Positions 48,269 to 60,880 of a stretch of DNA of 64,000 nt are shown here, one piece after another. The stretch lies in contig OZ024754.1 of assembly GCA_964016885.1 (NCBI GenBank), positions 19,034,001 to 19,098,000 on the forward strand. Direction: 5' to 3'. Source of the DNA: Eledone cirrhosa. Taxonomy: Eukaryota. Both the position numbers and the translations under genes were made by a program. How positions within the stretch are numbered: position 1 is the stretch's first letter; each line of letters starts with the position of its first letter. The notes beneath the pieces were generated by a model, which was not told the origin of the DNA, did not search any database, and saw nothing but the letters and a program-made list of their open reading frames with translations.

Positions 48269-48270
<2 letters not shown>
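47990..48270 (-). mobile_element. CORE-like tRNA-derived SINE
   Basis: Reverse complement shares ttcgattccc, ttgagcaaggcacttt and gtcactgatgccaagttgtatcgg with the plus copy at 60712-60880. Confidence 0.7.
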
Positions 48271-48345
<75 letters not shown>

Positions 48346-48450
48346 AGTGTGTTAGGTATTTCAGAAGAAAGAGCAAAGGAAAAAAGAGTGCTCTATGTAT
48401 AGAACAGAGCTATTTAATTAGAAAGTGAACAACACAATATTCCACAACTA

Positions 48451-48518
48451 CTCCATTACCAGACGTTTCAGGACCCTAGACAATATCAATATACGTCTAG
48501 ATCGTTCATCAGACAGAG
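48451..48518 (-). ncRNA. Type-I hammerhead ribozyme candidate
   Basis: Minus strand: ctctgt-CTGATGA-[gatctagac/gtctagggtc stem II]-GAAAC-gtctg-GTA-atggag. 6-bp stem I with two G-U pairs. Confidence 0.6.
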
Positions 48519-48535
48519 ATGATATATATATTATA

Positions 48536-48700
48536 AGAACAGATTAAAGTTTAAGAAAAGAATCGCTGCTTTCACCCTTAACGGGATCTTCTGGACGCAG
48601 AAGTAAATATTTCGAGAAACGTTACAACCGAAGGAAAACAGGAAGAAGATACTTTAGTTCGTGAAGACGTTCCCTGGCAATGAACGGAAAAAAAGCGAGG
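48536..48700. repeat. Copy of the repeat at 62715-62900 (downstream of the GIY-YIG element at 63682); partial inverted copy at ~51680-51740
   Basis: aacagattaaagtttaag.aaagaatcgctgctttcacccttaacgggatcttctg...acgttccctggcaa is shared. Confidence 0.8.
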
Positions 48701-48705
48701 CTATG

Positions 48706-48818
48706 TATATATATATTCTCCTATTCTCTCTCTCTCTATATATATATATTCTCCTATTCTCCTATTCTCCTATTCTCTCTCTCTCTATATATATATATAT
48801 ATTCTCCTATTCTCCTAT

Positions 48819-48849
<31 letters not shown>

Positions 48850-48865
48850 TCTCCTATTCTCCTAT

Positions 48866-48896
<31 letters not shown>

Positions 48897-49020
48897 TCTC
48901 CTATTCTCCTATTCTCTCTCTCTCTCTATATATATATATATTCTCCTATTCTCCTATTCTCTCTCTCTCTCTCTATATATATTCTCCTATTCTCCTATTC
49001 TCTCTCTCTATATATATATT
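48706..49020. repeat. Compound (TA)n-TTCTCCTA-(TC)n tandem repeat
   Basis: Read directly. Confidence 0.9.
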
Positions 49021-49280
49021 TCGTTTTTGAATTTGTTTTGCAAGATTTCTTATCTGAAAACGTGTGTTGAAACAGATATTGTTATACTTTGGGAGGGTCA
49101 TGTTGCAAATAAATATACACGCACCTGTTGTTTTTCACTTCAATTTATTATAAATTTCCGGTTGGTTGGTTCGATAACCGGAAGGTTGTTTATATATTGT
49201 CAGAGCTCTTTCGTCACACATTCTGTGACCTTCTCAGTGACTAGATTTTTATTTTGTGCCTCTCCCTTGTACTATCCTTT

Positions 49281-49326
<46 letters not shown>

Positions 49327-49327
49327 C

Positions 49328-49542
49328 GGTTTGCTTTTATCCTTCTATGTTGTTTACTTGTCTCACTCGCTTTACGCGATTTACTTGTCCCAATAGCTTT
49401 TTTTAGTTATTGCTCGCACCAACCTGAGGTATATGATTTTTAATGCGATGAAATATCAATGATGGTTGGCAAATCGCTGACGAGGGACTAATTTTATCAT
49501 ATGTAACCCATGTGCAACCACGCAGTATTCTTCTTTCTTCTC

Positions 49543-49548
<6 letters not shown>
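49328..49548 (+). mobile_element. ~220-bp (TA)n-flanked repeat (inverted homologue of 44292-44510)
   Basis: Direct comparison; contains the cccaatagct..agttattg hairpin and CTGACGAGGGAC. Confidence 0.88.
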
Positions 49549-49601
<53 letters not shown>

Positions 49602-49602
49602 C

Positions 49603-49693
49603 GAGGTCCGACGAGCTTTTGATTCCAGAATCGGGCGAGATCGATATAGATTGAAACTTGAGCTGATCAATAGCGAAACGCACGTCACCCCTC
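49603..49693 (+). ncRNA. Degenerate hammerhead with long stem II (core CCGACGA instead of CTGACGA)
   Basis: gaggt-CCGACGA-gct.ttgat...atcaa.agc-GAAAC-gcac-GTC-acccctc, directly after (TA)n and followed by aataaa. Confidence 0.55.
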
Positions 49694-50156
49694 AATAAAC
49701 CTAATGAAAACATAATAAATCATCCTTTTATTACATATATATACCTATCTGTCTATCTACCTCCCTACGTACCTATCATATAGTCTTTGCACTAACATCA
49801 TCATCACTACTCTTAACATCCATTCATCTGTCTATCTATCCATCTATCTGTCTATATACCCATCTATCTATCCCAGTGTGTGTGTGTGTGTGTGTGTGTG
49901 TACATGTGTGCAACTGTAGGTGTGTGTGTGACTCTATGAATCAGTGTACGCATGCGAACTTTCTCTCCTAATCTACCTCATTCGATCGGAAAAAGAAAAA
50001 GAAGAAAAGAAAAAGAAGGGAAAAGAGAGAAAAAAGAAAAGAAAAAAAAGAAAAAGGAGAAAGAAGAGGAGTAAGGAAGAAAAAGACGTAGTTAGATGTG
50101 ACGGCAAGGAGACTCAGAAGAATTGCCACTCGAATCACAAGAACTGGCAGAAGATT

Positions 50157-50210
50157 TGACGTCATACAGACAGGTCCCGGCAAATGACGTCATCACTGTG
50201 GATAGCCAAT
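50157..50210. promoter_or_regulatory. Two perfect CRE palindromes (TGACGTCA at 50157 and 50185) plus CCAAT (50206)
   Basis: Motifs read directly in a short non-repetitive island. Function is inferred only. Confidence 0.35.
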
Positions 50211-50409
50211 AAATTTTTAATAAGTAATAAAAGAGATGCAAGAAGAAGGGAGGGGGAGACGAGAAAAATACGTGTAATAGCAGCAGCAGTAACAGCAACA
50301 GCACAACAACAACAGTAATAGCAGCAGCAGTAGCAGCTGTCACAATACTAATTATAAGAGAAAGAAAAGCGACAGATTTACACACCTGTTTTTCATTATT
50401 ATTCTTTAG

Positions 50410-51360
50410 AAGGCGGTGGATTGGCTGTAGAATTGATAGAGTGTCGGACACCCTACTTCATGGTATAGGGTTACGGCCCTTTACATTCTGATCTCAAATC
50501 CGGTCGAGGTTATCTTTGCTTTTCATCCTTACGGGGTCGATAAAATAAAGTACCAGTAATGCACTGACTCGATTTAATCGACTTTTCCTCTCCTCCAAAA
50601 TTGCTGGCCTTGTTCCTAAATCAGAAACCATTATTATTGTTCAGAAGGCGGTGGATTGGCAGTAGAATCGGTAGAGTGTCGGACAGCATGCTTTGCAGTA
50701 TAGAGTTACGGCTCTTTACATTCTGAGTTCAAATCTCACAGAGGTTAGCTTTGCCTTTCATCCTTGCAGGGTCTATAAAACAAAGTACCAGTAACGCGCT
50801 GGTGTCGATTTAATCGGCTCCATCCCTCACTCCAAAATTGTTGACCTTGTGCCTAAATCAGAAACTATTATGTAATAAGGGCGGTGAATTGGCAGTATCG
50901 GTAGAGGGTTGGATTATGCTTTCCAGCATAGTTACGTCCCTTTACGATCTGAGTTCAATTCCCGCCGAGGTTAACTTTGCCTTTCATCCTTACGGGGTCG
51001 ATAAAATAAAGTACCAGTAATGTACTGGGATAATTGCTGGCCTTGTGCCAAAAAGTAGAAACAATTATGTAATAAGTGTCCTGTTGGCTGAGTTGGATCT
51101 TACCATATACATGGTGTAGTTGGAGGTTCAATCTCTGGATTTTAAGAGGGTGGTGGATTGGCAGTATCGGTAGTGTCGGACACACTGCTTCGCAACATAG
51201 AGTTACATTCTGAGTTCAAATCCCACCGAAGTTAGCTTTGCCTTTCATCCTAACGGGGTCGATAAATAAAGCACCAGTAACGCACCGAGGTCGATTTAAT
51301 TGACTTTCCACTTTCCACCCCGAAAATGTTTGGCCTTGTGCCTAAATCAGAAACCATTAT
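50410..51360 (+). mobile_element. Four head-to-tail tRNA-derived SINE copies (50410-50637, 50646-50870, 50878-51068, 51147-51360)
   Basis: Each starts ggcggtggattggc and carries the B box and the gcctttcatcctt..ggggtcgataaa domain. Confidence 0.9.
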
Positions 51361-51763
51361 TTATACCTGTATTATTGATACCCTCAGTATCTTTACGTTT
51401 AACCACATTGCTTCTATTAACATGTTTTCCATACATGGTAGCAGGAAAAGATTAAAAAGCAAATTAGCCTCCTGATTTATTTTTATAGCACGAATTATGT
51501 CTTCCCGCTTCACTTAATGACGTAATTAGATCTCCGTTATTCTCTTTGCATACAATTTACCGTATCTCAACTAAACGTTTTCACGTGTTACTTTTATGTC
51601 TTTCTATTTTTTAATGGCAATATTTGCACGTAATGTTTTCGGAATATTTACATCTGTGTCCAAGGATTGATATATCTCAGTTTCAGAAGATCCTACTTTA
51701 AGGGTGAAAGCAGAAATTGTTTGCTTAAACATTTAATCAGTGCAAATAATATTTGCTCTACAT

Positions 51764-52293
<530 letters not shown>

Positions 52294-52959
52294 CCCTTAT
52301 CGAGTCCTCTCTTGATTTTTGTCCTGTCTGTACCAAGTAATACATTAGACACCCATTCCTGTACCTAGTTAAATAATGGTTTTATTTCTCTTTCCAATTA
52401 TGTTAGTAATGCACTTGAAAAAAAGAGTAGACAATAAAAAGCTAATAACGTCACGCAATCATATTTTCTGCTTTTTCTCTAAATCCCTGTCCTCGTGAAT
52501 ATCCGAGAAATCAATATTTGCATGCAGACAAATAAAAGAGAGACGCTGAGTTGGTGAGATCGTAATAGTTCGACATCTTTTGAGAGATTGTATCGTGATC
52601 GTGTTGTTGTTGTTGTGTAACCTTAATTCAGTTCTGTTTGGACAAACCTATAATATATGGAGACAGTCGTTTGATAAGAGATATATTCTGTCTGTATATC
52701 GACCTGTGGCACGGAAAGCCACGTGAATATCTAATGCCCATCCTCTTCTCCTTTATTAAGGAGCCATATTTAAATTTTGCGAAGGAAGGTGTGGTGTGGG
52801 TTGAGAAAAAGTGGGTTTTGTTCCGTATTGCAAACCTTTTTCTGGTAGGTTCTGTGTGTGATCCACAGATCTAAAGTTATTTATTTCAGGGCTCTGTTCG
52901 TTTCTCAGAATCTATGATAATAGTGAAATTCATTTGTGCTAATCTCATTTTGAAGTCAC

Positions 52960-53200
52960 TGTTCTCACTTTTAAATCACCAATCTCACTTTGGAGTCGTA
53001 AAGTTTCATTTCGAAATCGTTAATCGCACTTTGAAGAGACAAGTTCTCACTTTGAAAAGGCAATTTCTCATTTCCAAGAAACAAGTCCTCAATTTTAAGA
53101 AGTAACTTTTCACTTAGAAGAGGCAAGTTCTCACTTTGAAGAAGCAAGTTCTCACTTTGAAGAAGCAAGTTCTCACTTAGAAGCGATATATTCTCACTTA
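52960..53200. repeat. Degenerate 21-bp tandem repeat AGTTCTCACTTTGAAGAAGCA
   Basis: Read directly. Confidence 0.8.
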
Positions 53201-53351
53201 AAATTACAAATAGTTCCTCTCAGTAATAGCCAATGGTATATATTTCTATCATTGGTGTTTCTAGATGGAACGAAGGACATTTGATTGGTCCAAAGTCTCA
53301 ATACGTCTGTCATACTGTCGACTACGTAATAAATTAACATTTATCGAAACT

Positions 53352-55602
53352 ACATCAGTTATACGACCTACATGTAGAGGTGACTAACATCAGTTATACG
53401 AACTACATGTAGAGGTGACTAACATCAGTTATACGAACTACATGTAGAGGTGACCAGCATCAGTTATACGAACTACATGTAGAGGTGACCAGCATCAGTG
53501 ATACGAACTACATGTAGAGGTGACCAGCATCAGTGATACGAACTACATGTAGAGGTGACCAACATCAGTTATACGAACTACATGTAGAGGTGACCAGCAT
53601 CAGTGATACGAACTACATGTAGAGGTGACCAGCATCAGTGATACGAACTACATGTAGAGGTGACCAGCATCAGTTATACGAACTACATGTAGAGGTGACC
53701 AACATCAGTTATACGAACTACATGTAGAGGTGACCAGCATCAGTTATACGAACTACATGTAGAGGTGACCAACATCAGTTATACGAACTACATGTAGAGG
53801 TGACCAACATCAGTTATACGAACTACATGTAGAGGTGACCAACATCAGTGATACGAACTACATGTAAAAGCAACCAACATCAGTTATACGAACTACATGT
53901 AGAGGTGACCAACATCAGTTATACGAACTACATGTACAGGTGACCAACATCAGTTATACGAACTACATGTAGAGGTGACCAACATCAGTTATACGAACTA
54001 CATGTAGAGGTGACCAACATCAGTTATACGAACTACATGTAGAGGTGAACAACATCAGTTATACGAACTACATGTAGAGGTGACCAGCATCAGTTATACG
54101 AACTACATGTAGAGGTGACCAACATCAGTTATACGAACTACATGTAGAGGTGACCAGCATCAGTTATACGAACTACATGTAGAGGTGACCAGCATCAGTT
54201 ATACGAACTACGTGTAGAGGTGACCAGCATCAGTTATACGAACTACATGTAGAGGTGACCAACATCAGTTATACGAACTACATGTAGAGGTGACTAACAT
54301 CAGTTATACGAACTACATGTAGAGGTGACCAGCATCAGTTATACGAACTACATGTAGAGGTGACCAGCATCAGTTATACGAACTACATGTAGAGGTGACT
54401 AACATCAGTTATACGAACTACATGTAGAGGTGACCAGCATCAGTTATACGAACTACATGTAGAGGTGACCAACATCAGTGATACGAACTACATGTAGAGG
54501 TGACCAGCATCAGTTATACGAACTACATGTAGAGGTGACTAACATCAGTTATACGAACTACATGTAGAGGTGACCAACATCAGTTATACGAACTACATGT
54601 AGAGGTGACCAACATCAGTTATACGAACTACATGTAGAGGTGACCAACATCAGTTATACGAAGTACATGTACAGGTCACCAACTTCAGTTATACGAACTA
54701 CATGTAGAGGTGACTAACATCAGTGATACGAACTACATGTAGAGGTGACCAACATCAGTTATACGAACTACATGTAGAGGCGACCAACATCAGTTATACG
54801 AACTACATGTAGAGGTGACCAACATCAGTTATACGAACTACATGTAGAGGTGACCAACATCAGTTATACGAACTACATGTAGAGGTGACCAACATCAGTT
54901 ATACGAACTACATGTAGAGGTGACTAACATCAGTTATACGAACTACATGTAGAGGTGACTAACATCAGTTACACGAACTACATGTAGAGGTGACCAACAT
55001 CAGTTATACGAACTACATGTAGAGGTGACCAACATCAGTGATACGAACTACATGTAGAGGTGACCAACATCAGTTATACGAACTACATGTAGAGGTGACC
55101 AACATCAGTTATACGAACTACATGTAGAGGTGACCAACATCAGTGATACGAACTACATGTAAAAGCAACCAACATCAGTTATACGAACTACATGTAGAGG
55201 TGACCAACATCAGTTATACGAACTACATGTACAGGTGACCAACATCAGTTATACGAACTACATGTAGAGGTGACCAACATCAGTTATACGAACTACATGT
55301 AGAGGTGACCAACATCAGTTATACGAACTACATGTAGAGGTGAACAACATCAGTTATACGAACTACATGTAGAGGTGACCAGCATCAGTTATACGAACTA
55401 CATGTAGAGGTGACCAACATCAGTTATACGAACTACATGTAGAGGTGACCAGCATCAGTTATACGAACTACATGTAGAGGTGACCAGCATCAGTTATACG
55501 AACTACATGTAGAGGTGACCAGCATCAGTTATACGAACTACATGTAGAGGTGACCAACATCAGTTATACGAACTACATGTAAAAGCAACCAACATCAGTT
55601 AT
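53352..55602 (+). repeat. Highly homogeneous 35-bp minisatellite AACATCAGTTATACGAACTACATGTAGAGGTGACC (~64 units)
   Basis: Read directly; internal palindrome CTACATGTAG; no unique spacers. Confidence 0.98.
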
Positions 55603-55690
55603 AAACGTATCTGTGAAATTACAGCTCGAAGGAAAGAACGCTTCACCAGCTCTGGGCTATTAGTTCTGTTTTTGACTCTGAAAGAAGGAA

Positions 55691-55795
55691 AAGCAAAGGG
55701 GCCCTCGGTGGGATTTGAACACAGGACAGAGATAAGAAACAGAGAGCCAGCGCTCTACGATTCCCCCAAAACGAGCGCGTTAATACAGCAGTAGT
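55691..55795 (+). repeat. ~105-bp SINE-derived segment duplicated at 56882-56985
   Basis: aagcaaa.gggccctcggtgggatttgaacacaggacagaga..agaaacagagagccagcgctctacgattcccccaaaacgagcgcgttaatacagcagt occurs in both places. Confidence 0.85.
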
Positions 55796-55806
55796 GTAAG
55801 CAAATA

Positions 55807-55915
<109 letters not shown>

Positions 55916-56417
55916 CGCTAGAGGAAAATCCATAACATACAGGACCGGAAACATAATTTTGGAATCGATTTATTACGTATGCGTTCTGTTTTACTCTGAT
56001 ATTTGCTAGTTAAATTCAACGCTTCACTGAACATTCAGAGTAATTGACAGGTGCGTAGGAGGAACAATTCCTTCACGCTTCACTGAACATCATGCGTAAC
56101 GGACGCCCTCATATGTGAGTATCAGAGTATTAAGGATGGGCAAAGTTTTATGCATTGGTTAAGAGACGAATTACAAACTGGTTTGGCTTTCGTCAGATCT
56201 TTTCTGCCTCTGTAGGCGTGTGTATTGTTTATGCGTGTTAATTTGCGCGCGCGCGTGTGCGTGATCGTGTGTGTGTGTTTTGTTTGGTGTTTGTGTGTGT
56301 TGTGTTGTGTTTTTTTCTAACAGTTCTATCAGTTTTCTGGTTACTACACACAGTGGTTAATGGCTAGCTTGTGTATGCGTATCATACTTACATATATTAA
56401 ATAGATAGATACAGTGT

Positions 56418-56528
<111 letters not shown>

Positions 56529-56619
56529 CTCTGTGTGTGTGTGAATAAATAAAGTTTGTTCTTATGTTGCAACACTGACTTTCTTTCTCCTTAATCTATT
56601 TACACTCAGCACAACACAG

Positions 56620-57420
56620 CCGCCTTAACTCTGCAATACAACTCAAACGAGACGGACCTCGTAACAGCATTGAGTGCTGTCAATGTGCTTTTTTAATGAG
56701 GATGCGCGTGTGTTGAGGTGTTCTTTAATGCAAGTGTGGAGTGCTCGAGTCGTACTACCAATGTAGAACCCCTTACATTTGTTGTACTCAATCAGGTATA
56801 CCACATGTATCGCGGCAGTTAGTCAGCAAGCATTTATTGTTGTTGTCTCTGGATTGCTTTTTAGACAGGTATCCACGCAGTGAAGCAAAAGGGCCCTCGG
56901 TGGGATTTGAACACAGGACAGAGACCAGAAACAGAGAGCCAGCGCTCTACGATTCCCCCAAAACGAGCGCGTTAATACAGCAGTGTACTAATTGTATGTC
57001 CAGTCCTTCTCTGCGGATAGTTCTGCAGATAGCTGTGGTTTTGCTTTCGCTGAAATGTGGTCATTTCGTGAAACAGGTGTTAGAGGAGGTCTTATGCCTG
57101 CAGTGCCTTCGATTCTTAAGTTGATTCATTGTGGATGTTGGGGATCCGTTCATCTTCAGTACATCTGTGAAGTGTGCAGTGTCAGTGATCTGGTCCTCTG
57201 TCTTACTACATTTATTCCGGCTACGCGTAAGTTCATTTCTTATATATCAGGTTTTAGCATCAAGGGGAAGGGCTGATCTATAATGAACAAACAGGTCTCT
57301 GCTGGCAGCTTTCTTCTAGAAGTTGGTGTATATAGTACCTTCATCTGTTACTCTAAGATGAAAGTCCAGCCGAGACAAGGAACCATTTTTATCGGGGTGT
57401 TCTGTGGTAATTCGTATGTT
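56620..57420 (-). pseudogene. Penelope-like element relic: end of RT + thumb (57420-56985) and GIY-YIG (56816-56680), interrupted by an insertion
   Basis: Manual translation: NIRITTEHPDKNGSLSRLDFHL...TNF*KKAASRDLFVHYRSALP...YIRNELTRSRNKCS...VLKMNGSP and HVVYLIEYNKCKGFYIGSTTRALHTCIKEHLNTRASSLKKH. Confidence 0.82.
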
Positions 57421-57529
57421 GATATGTCTAAAAAGCAATCCAGAGACAACAACAATCAATGTTCACTTTCAACGTTATATATATAGGATAACAAGGTATC
57501 GTTTAAGGTAATCCAGCTAGAGGTTGTGA

Positions 57530-57855
57530 GTACTCTGTGTTGAGGATAGTTTTCACGTACGGCGTTGTTTGACTCAACAAGAAGTTCCCATGCAGGTGGT
57601 TCTTGGAGTATGTGTATAGACATTCCATAAAAATATGTAAACTGGGTCATACAACGACGCTGGCCAATAAAATCAGGAATATGAGATTAGCTGGTCGAAG
57701 TTATCGAATGCAAAGGCCTACAGAAATGAAATGTCCCACTGGAGCTGCTCCATATTTTGAAATATAATAAAATGCTGCTCAATAACAAGATAGAGCGAAC
57801 AATCTTCTGTAGGCACAAAGCAGCCACAAAATTTTCCAACTTCAAACCGCGGCCA
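57530..57855 (+). pseudogene. Heavily decayed GIY-YIG C-terminal relic of the same type as 7879-9114
   Basis: LGHTTTLANKI...EISWSKLSNAKAY...LELLHILKYNKMLLNNKIERTIFCRHKAATKFSNFKP resembles ELFQIMKSKDRLLNKKQELIISCNHKILKTFKYYKP at 4471. Confidence 0.7.
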
Positions 57856-58366
57856 GCATAATTCGATCTAGCGGGATTAAAATGTACCAACTTTATACCG
57901 CTCCACAGTTATTAGCTGTCAGCTGACCAACTGGTCACTAAATCAACCTCAGGAATCCATCAAACTTTCTTTCCTTTTCTCTCTATAGTCGCATCACCTC
58001 CATTAAGATAAAACATTCAAACTACCCCAACCTTAATCACCCATATGTCATCATTGTCCCTTTTACTTTTTATTCTCTATTTATCTATTTACCGTTTTCT
58101 GATTTTTATTCTTACCTTTCTATGTTTTATCTTTGAATCCTTATTCTTTATTCTTTATTTTTATCTATTCTTTTTATTTTAACCCTTTATTATTTTTTAT
58201 CACTTTTATTTCGCCAATTCATCAACCCAATCCACAATATTAGAACAGCGTCAACTCACCAATCTACCAAAGACCAATGTTTCGCCTATCATATATCGTC
58301 TTTCTTTTCATGTTATTATTATCATGACTGTCATTACTATGTTACACATCTATCTACTCACCATTA

Positions 58367-58477
58367 TAAATCCCGTCGAGGTTAACTTTGCCTTTCGACC
58401 TTACGGGGTCGATAAAATAAAGTACCAGTAATACACTGGAATAATTGCCGGCCTTGTGTCAAAAGTAAAAACAATTA
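58367..58477 (+). mobile_element. tRNA-derived SINE, 3' half
   Basis: aaatcccgtcgaggttaactttgcctttcgaccttacggggtcgataaaataaagtaccag. Confidence 0.8.
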
Positions 58478-58755
58478 TAACTACGACTACTACCACCACT
58501 ACTACTATTATCAGTAACCGTATTTTTTATTGTTATTATTATTATTGTTTTCATTTATGTTATTCTCCTATGTATCTATAAATACCAGTGCCCTGTGTTA
58601 TAAACACATCAGTATTCGGATGATTTGATCAGGCAAACACTGTAATTAAGGTCGAGTGACGTAATTTCTAACGATCAGCGGCTTTTAATGAAACAATTGT
58701 TAATACTGTAAATAAACCCTTTTTGTAGAGCCGACCATGTTATTGTTCATTCTTT

Positions 58756-58806
<51 letters not shown>

Positions 58807-58834
58807 ATCAAAAGATGGTTAAAAGAGTTCCATG

Positions 58835-58905
58835 TATTTTATTATGCGCATTTCAAAAACAAATATCATCATGCAATAACATTTGTGTTTTCATCAGATA
58901 AAATA
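58835..58905 (-). ncRNA. Type-I hammerhead ribozyme (left arm of the palindrome)
   Basis: Exact reverse complement of 59024-59094. Confidence 0.8.
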
Positions 58906-59023
58906 GGAAGACATGATATGAAGGTTAAAAAACACTTGTGGATAGTGCAGTTTTAAATCAACATATGTTGATTTAAAACTGCACTATCCACAAGTGTTTT
59001 TTAACCTTCATATCATGTCTTCC

Positions 59024-59094
59024 TATTTTATCTGATGAAAACACAAATGTTATTGCATGATGATATTTGTTTTTGAAATGCGCATAATAAAATA
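59024..59094 (+). ncRNA. Type-I hammerhead ribozyme (right arm of the palindrome)
   Basis: tattttat-CTGATGA-aaacacaaatgttat(tgcatg)atgatatttgttttt-GAAA-tgcgc-ATA-ataaaata. 8-bp stem I, ~15-bp stem II, palindromic stem III atgcgcat, AUA triplet. Confidence 0.8.
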
Positions 59095-59221
59095 CATGGA
59101 ACTCTTTTAACCATCTTTTGATCTTATATATTATGTATACTCCAGTCCTACAAACTGTAGAGTGCTTCTTATCCGATATCTGCATTGCTTTATTGTACTA
59201 CAATAAAACTCACCTCCTACA

Positions 59222-59252
<31 letters not shown>

Positions 59253-59381
59253 CAAGGGAGTGTAAACACAGAAAATATCTTTAAAAATAATAATAAATAA
59301 TTAAATTCCAAAAAATTCACTGGACTTACTATATGTGCCTTTACCGCGGTATGTATTAATTACATATAGGACACATACTTT

Positions 59382-59429
<48 letters not shown>

Positions 59430-59602
59430 GTAATGAAGTGACTCACCAATTTTAAAAGTTCAAGACATTTAATTGTTGACAATTGTTTCTTCCTATAAGA
59501 ATGTACATCTAACAGCAAATTATTTTATTACACAATCTGCTGTTAGTCAGTACAAACAATCTTTAGGGTTTATTAAATTCATATTATTTCTTACTCTCAT
59601 AG

Positions 59603-59719
<117 letters not shown>

Positions 59720-60215
59720 CTGTATGTATATATGTATGTGTACATACATATATGTGTGTATGAGTCTATGTGTACATATGTGTGTGTGTATTTATATATA
59801 TATATGTGTGTGTGTGTGTAACACAATAAATAATGAAAGTATTTTGCTTTATATAATATACCGATATCTTTCCCTAATAACACTATTTACTACTATGTCG
59901 ATTGTGACTTTCATATCCTTCCATACTTAAGATTCACGAATGTCAATATTAAGATTTTAAGGATCAGTGCCCGTCAGCGGTGCCGAAAAGTGATCAGTTG
60001 TCATAAAAAGACAGGAATCAACAACAAAAAGAGCTGCTCAAGAACATATAAAACATAAGAATTGATAGCAGATAGCAGGACTACACACTAGTACTATTTA
60101 CTTTGTATTGTAAACATCCTTCACAATATCCTTCATAACAGACGATATTTGGTGACATTAAATCTTAAGACATGACTTCGTTGACATGTTCAATGTTGAA
60201 TATTAATAATAATAA

Positions 60216-60432
60216 TAATTGTTTCTACTTTAGGCACAAGGTCAGCAATTTTTTGGGAGAGGGGAAAGTCGATTAAATGGAGCCCAGTGCATTACTGGTA
60301 CTTTATTTTATCGACCCCGTAAGGATGAAAGGCAAAGCTAACCTCGGCGGGATTTGAACTCAGGACGTAAATAGTCGTATCTCTTTGTTCGAAGCAGGGT
60401 GTCCGACTCTCTACCGATACTGCCAACCCACG
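60216..60432 (-). mobile_element. tRNA-derived SINE
   Basis: Consensus match; (AAT)n tail. Confidence 0.87.
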
Positions 60433-60711
60433 CACCCTAAGATTGAGAAGATAAATGAAAGGTATGAAAGTGACAGGAAAGGAAAATATGCCATTGTGTT
60501 GTGCTGGCTATGTCAGTGGAATGTTTTACACGAACAGAAGAAAGTAGGTGAAATGCATCAATGCACAATATAATACTTAGTAATGAAAATAAGCGAAGTC
60601 ATCGACAGACTTTACATAAAGAACAGAAGTCAAATACTAACAAGAGTTTACATAAGAAAAATAAATACACATGTCATATGATAATACAAAGTTTGGTTAC
60701 ATCAAGTACTT

Positions 60712-60880
60712 GGCTTAGTGGTTAGAGCATTGGGCTTGCAATCGGCAGTTTGGGAGTTCGATCCCAGATCTAGGCTGTGTCTTTAAGCAAGACACTTCAC
60801 TTCGAGTTGCTCCAGAGATAAGTTGCAACGTCACTTGTGGCAAGCTGTATCGGCCATTGCTTTTCCTTTGGACGCAATTC
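60712..60880 (+). mobile_element. CORE-like tRNA-derived SINE
   Basis: A box tggcttagtggttagagc, B box ggagttcgatccc, then ctgtgtctttaagcaagacactt. Confidence 0.75.

Larger units (their letters stand above)
58798..59131. repeat. Perfect 334-bp palindrome with no spacer (centre 58964/58965)
   Basis: Arms read as exact reverse complements around caacat|atgttg; both ends terminate in TATA. Confidence 0.95.

Noticed and set aside
51680-51725. CAGAAGA-tcc..gggt-GAAA motif (also minus strand at ~48570 and ~62750)
   Set aside because: Resembles the 62467 hammerhead, but the core reads CAGA and no NUH/stem I fits. At most a decayed relic.
52971-53168. Heptad LLQSENL ORF suggesting a coiled coil
   Set aside because: Short translation of a 21-bp tandem repeat with no start or splice support.
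53352-55602. CRISPR-like 35-bp repeat with internal palindrome
   Set aside because: Units are contiguous with no unique spacers, there are no cas genes, and the context is eukaryotic.
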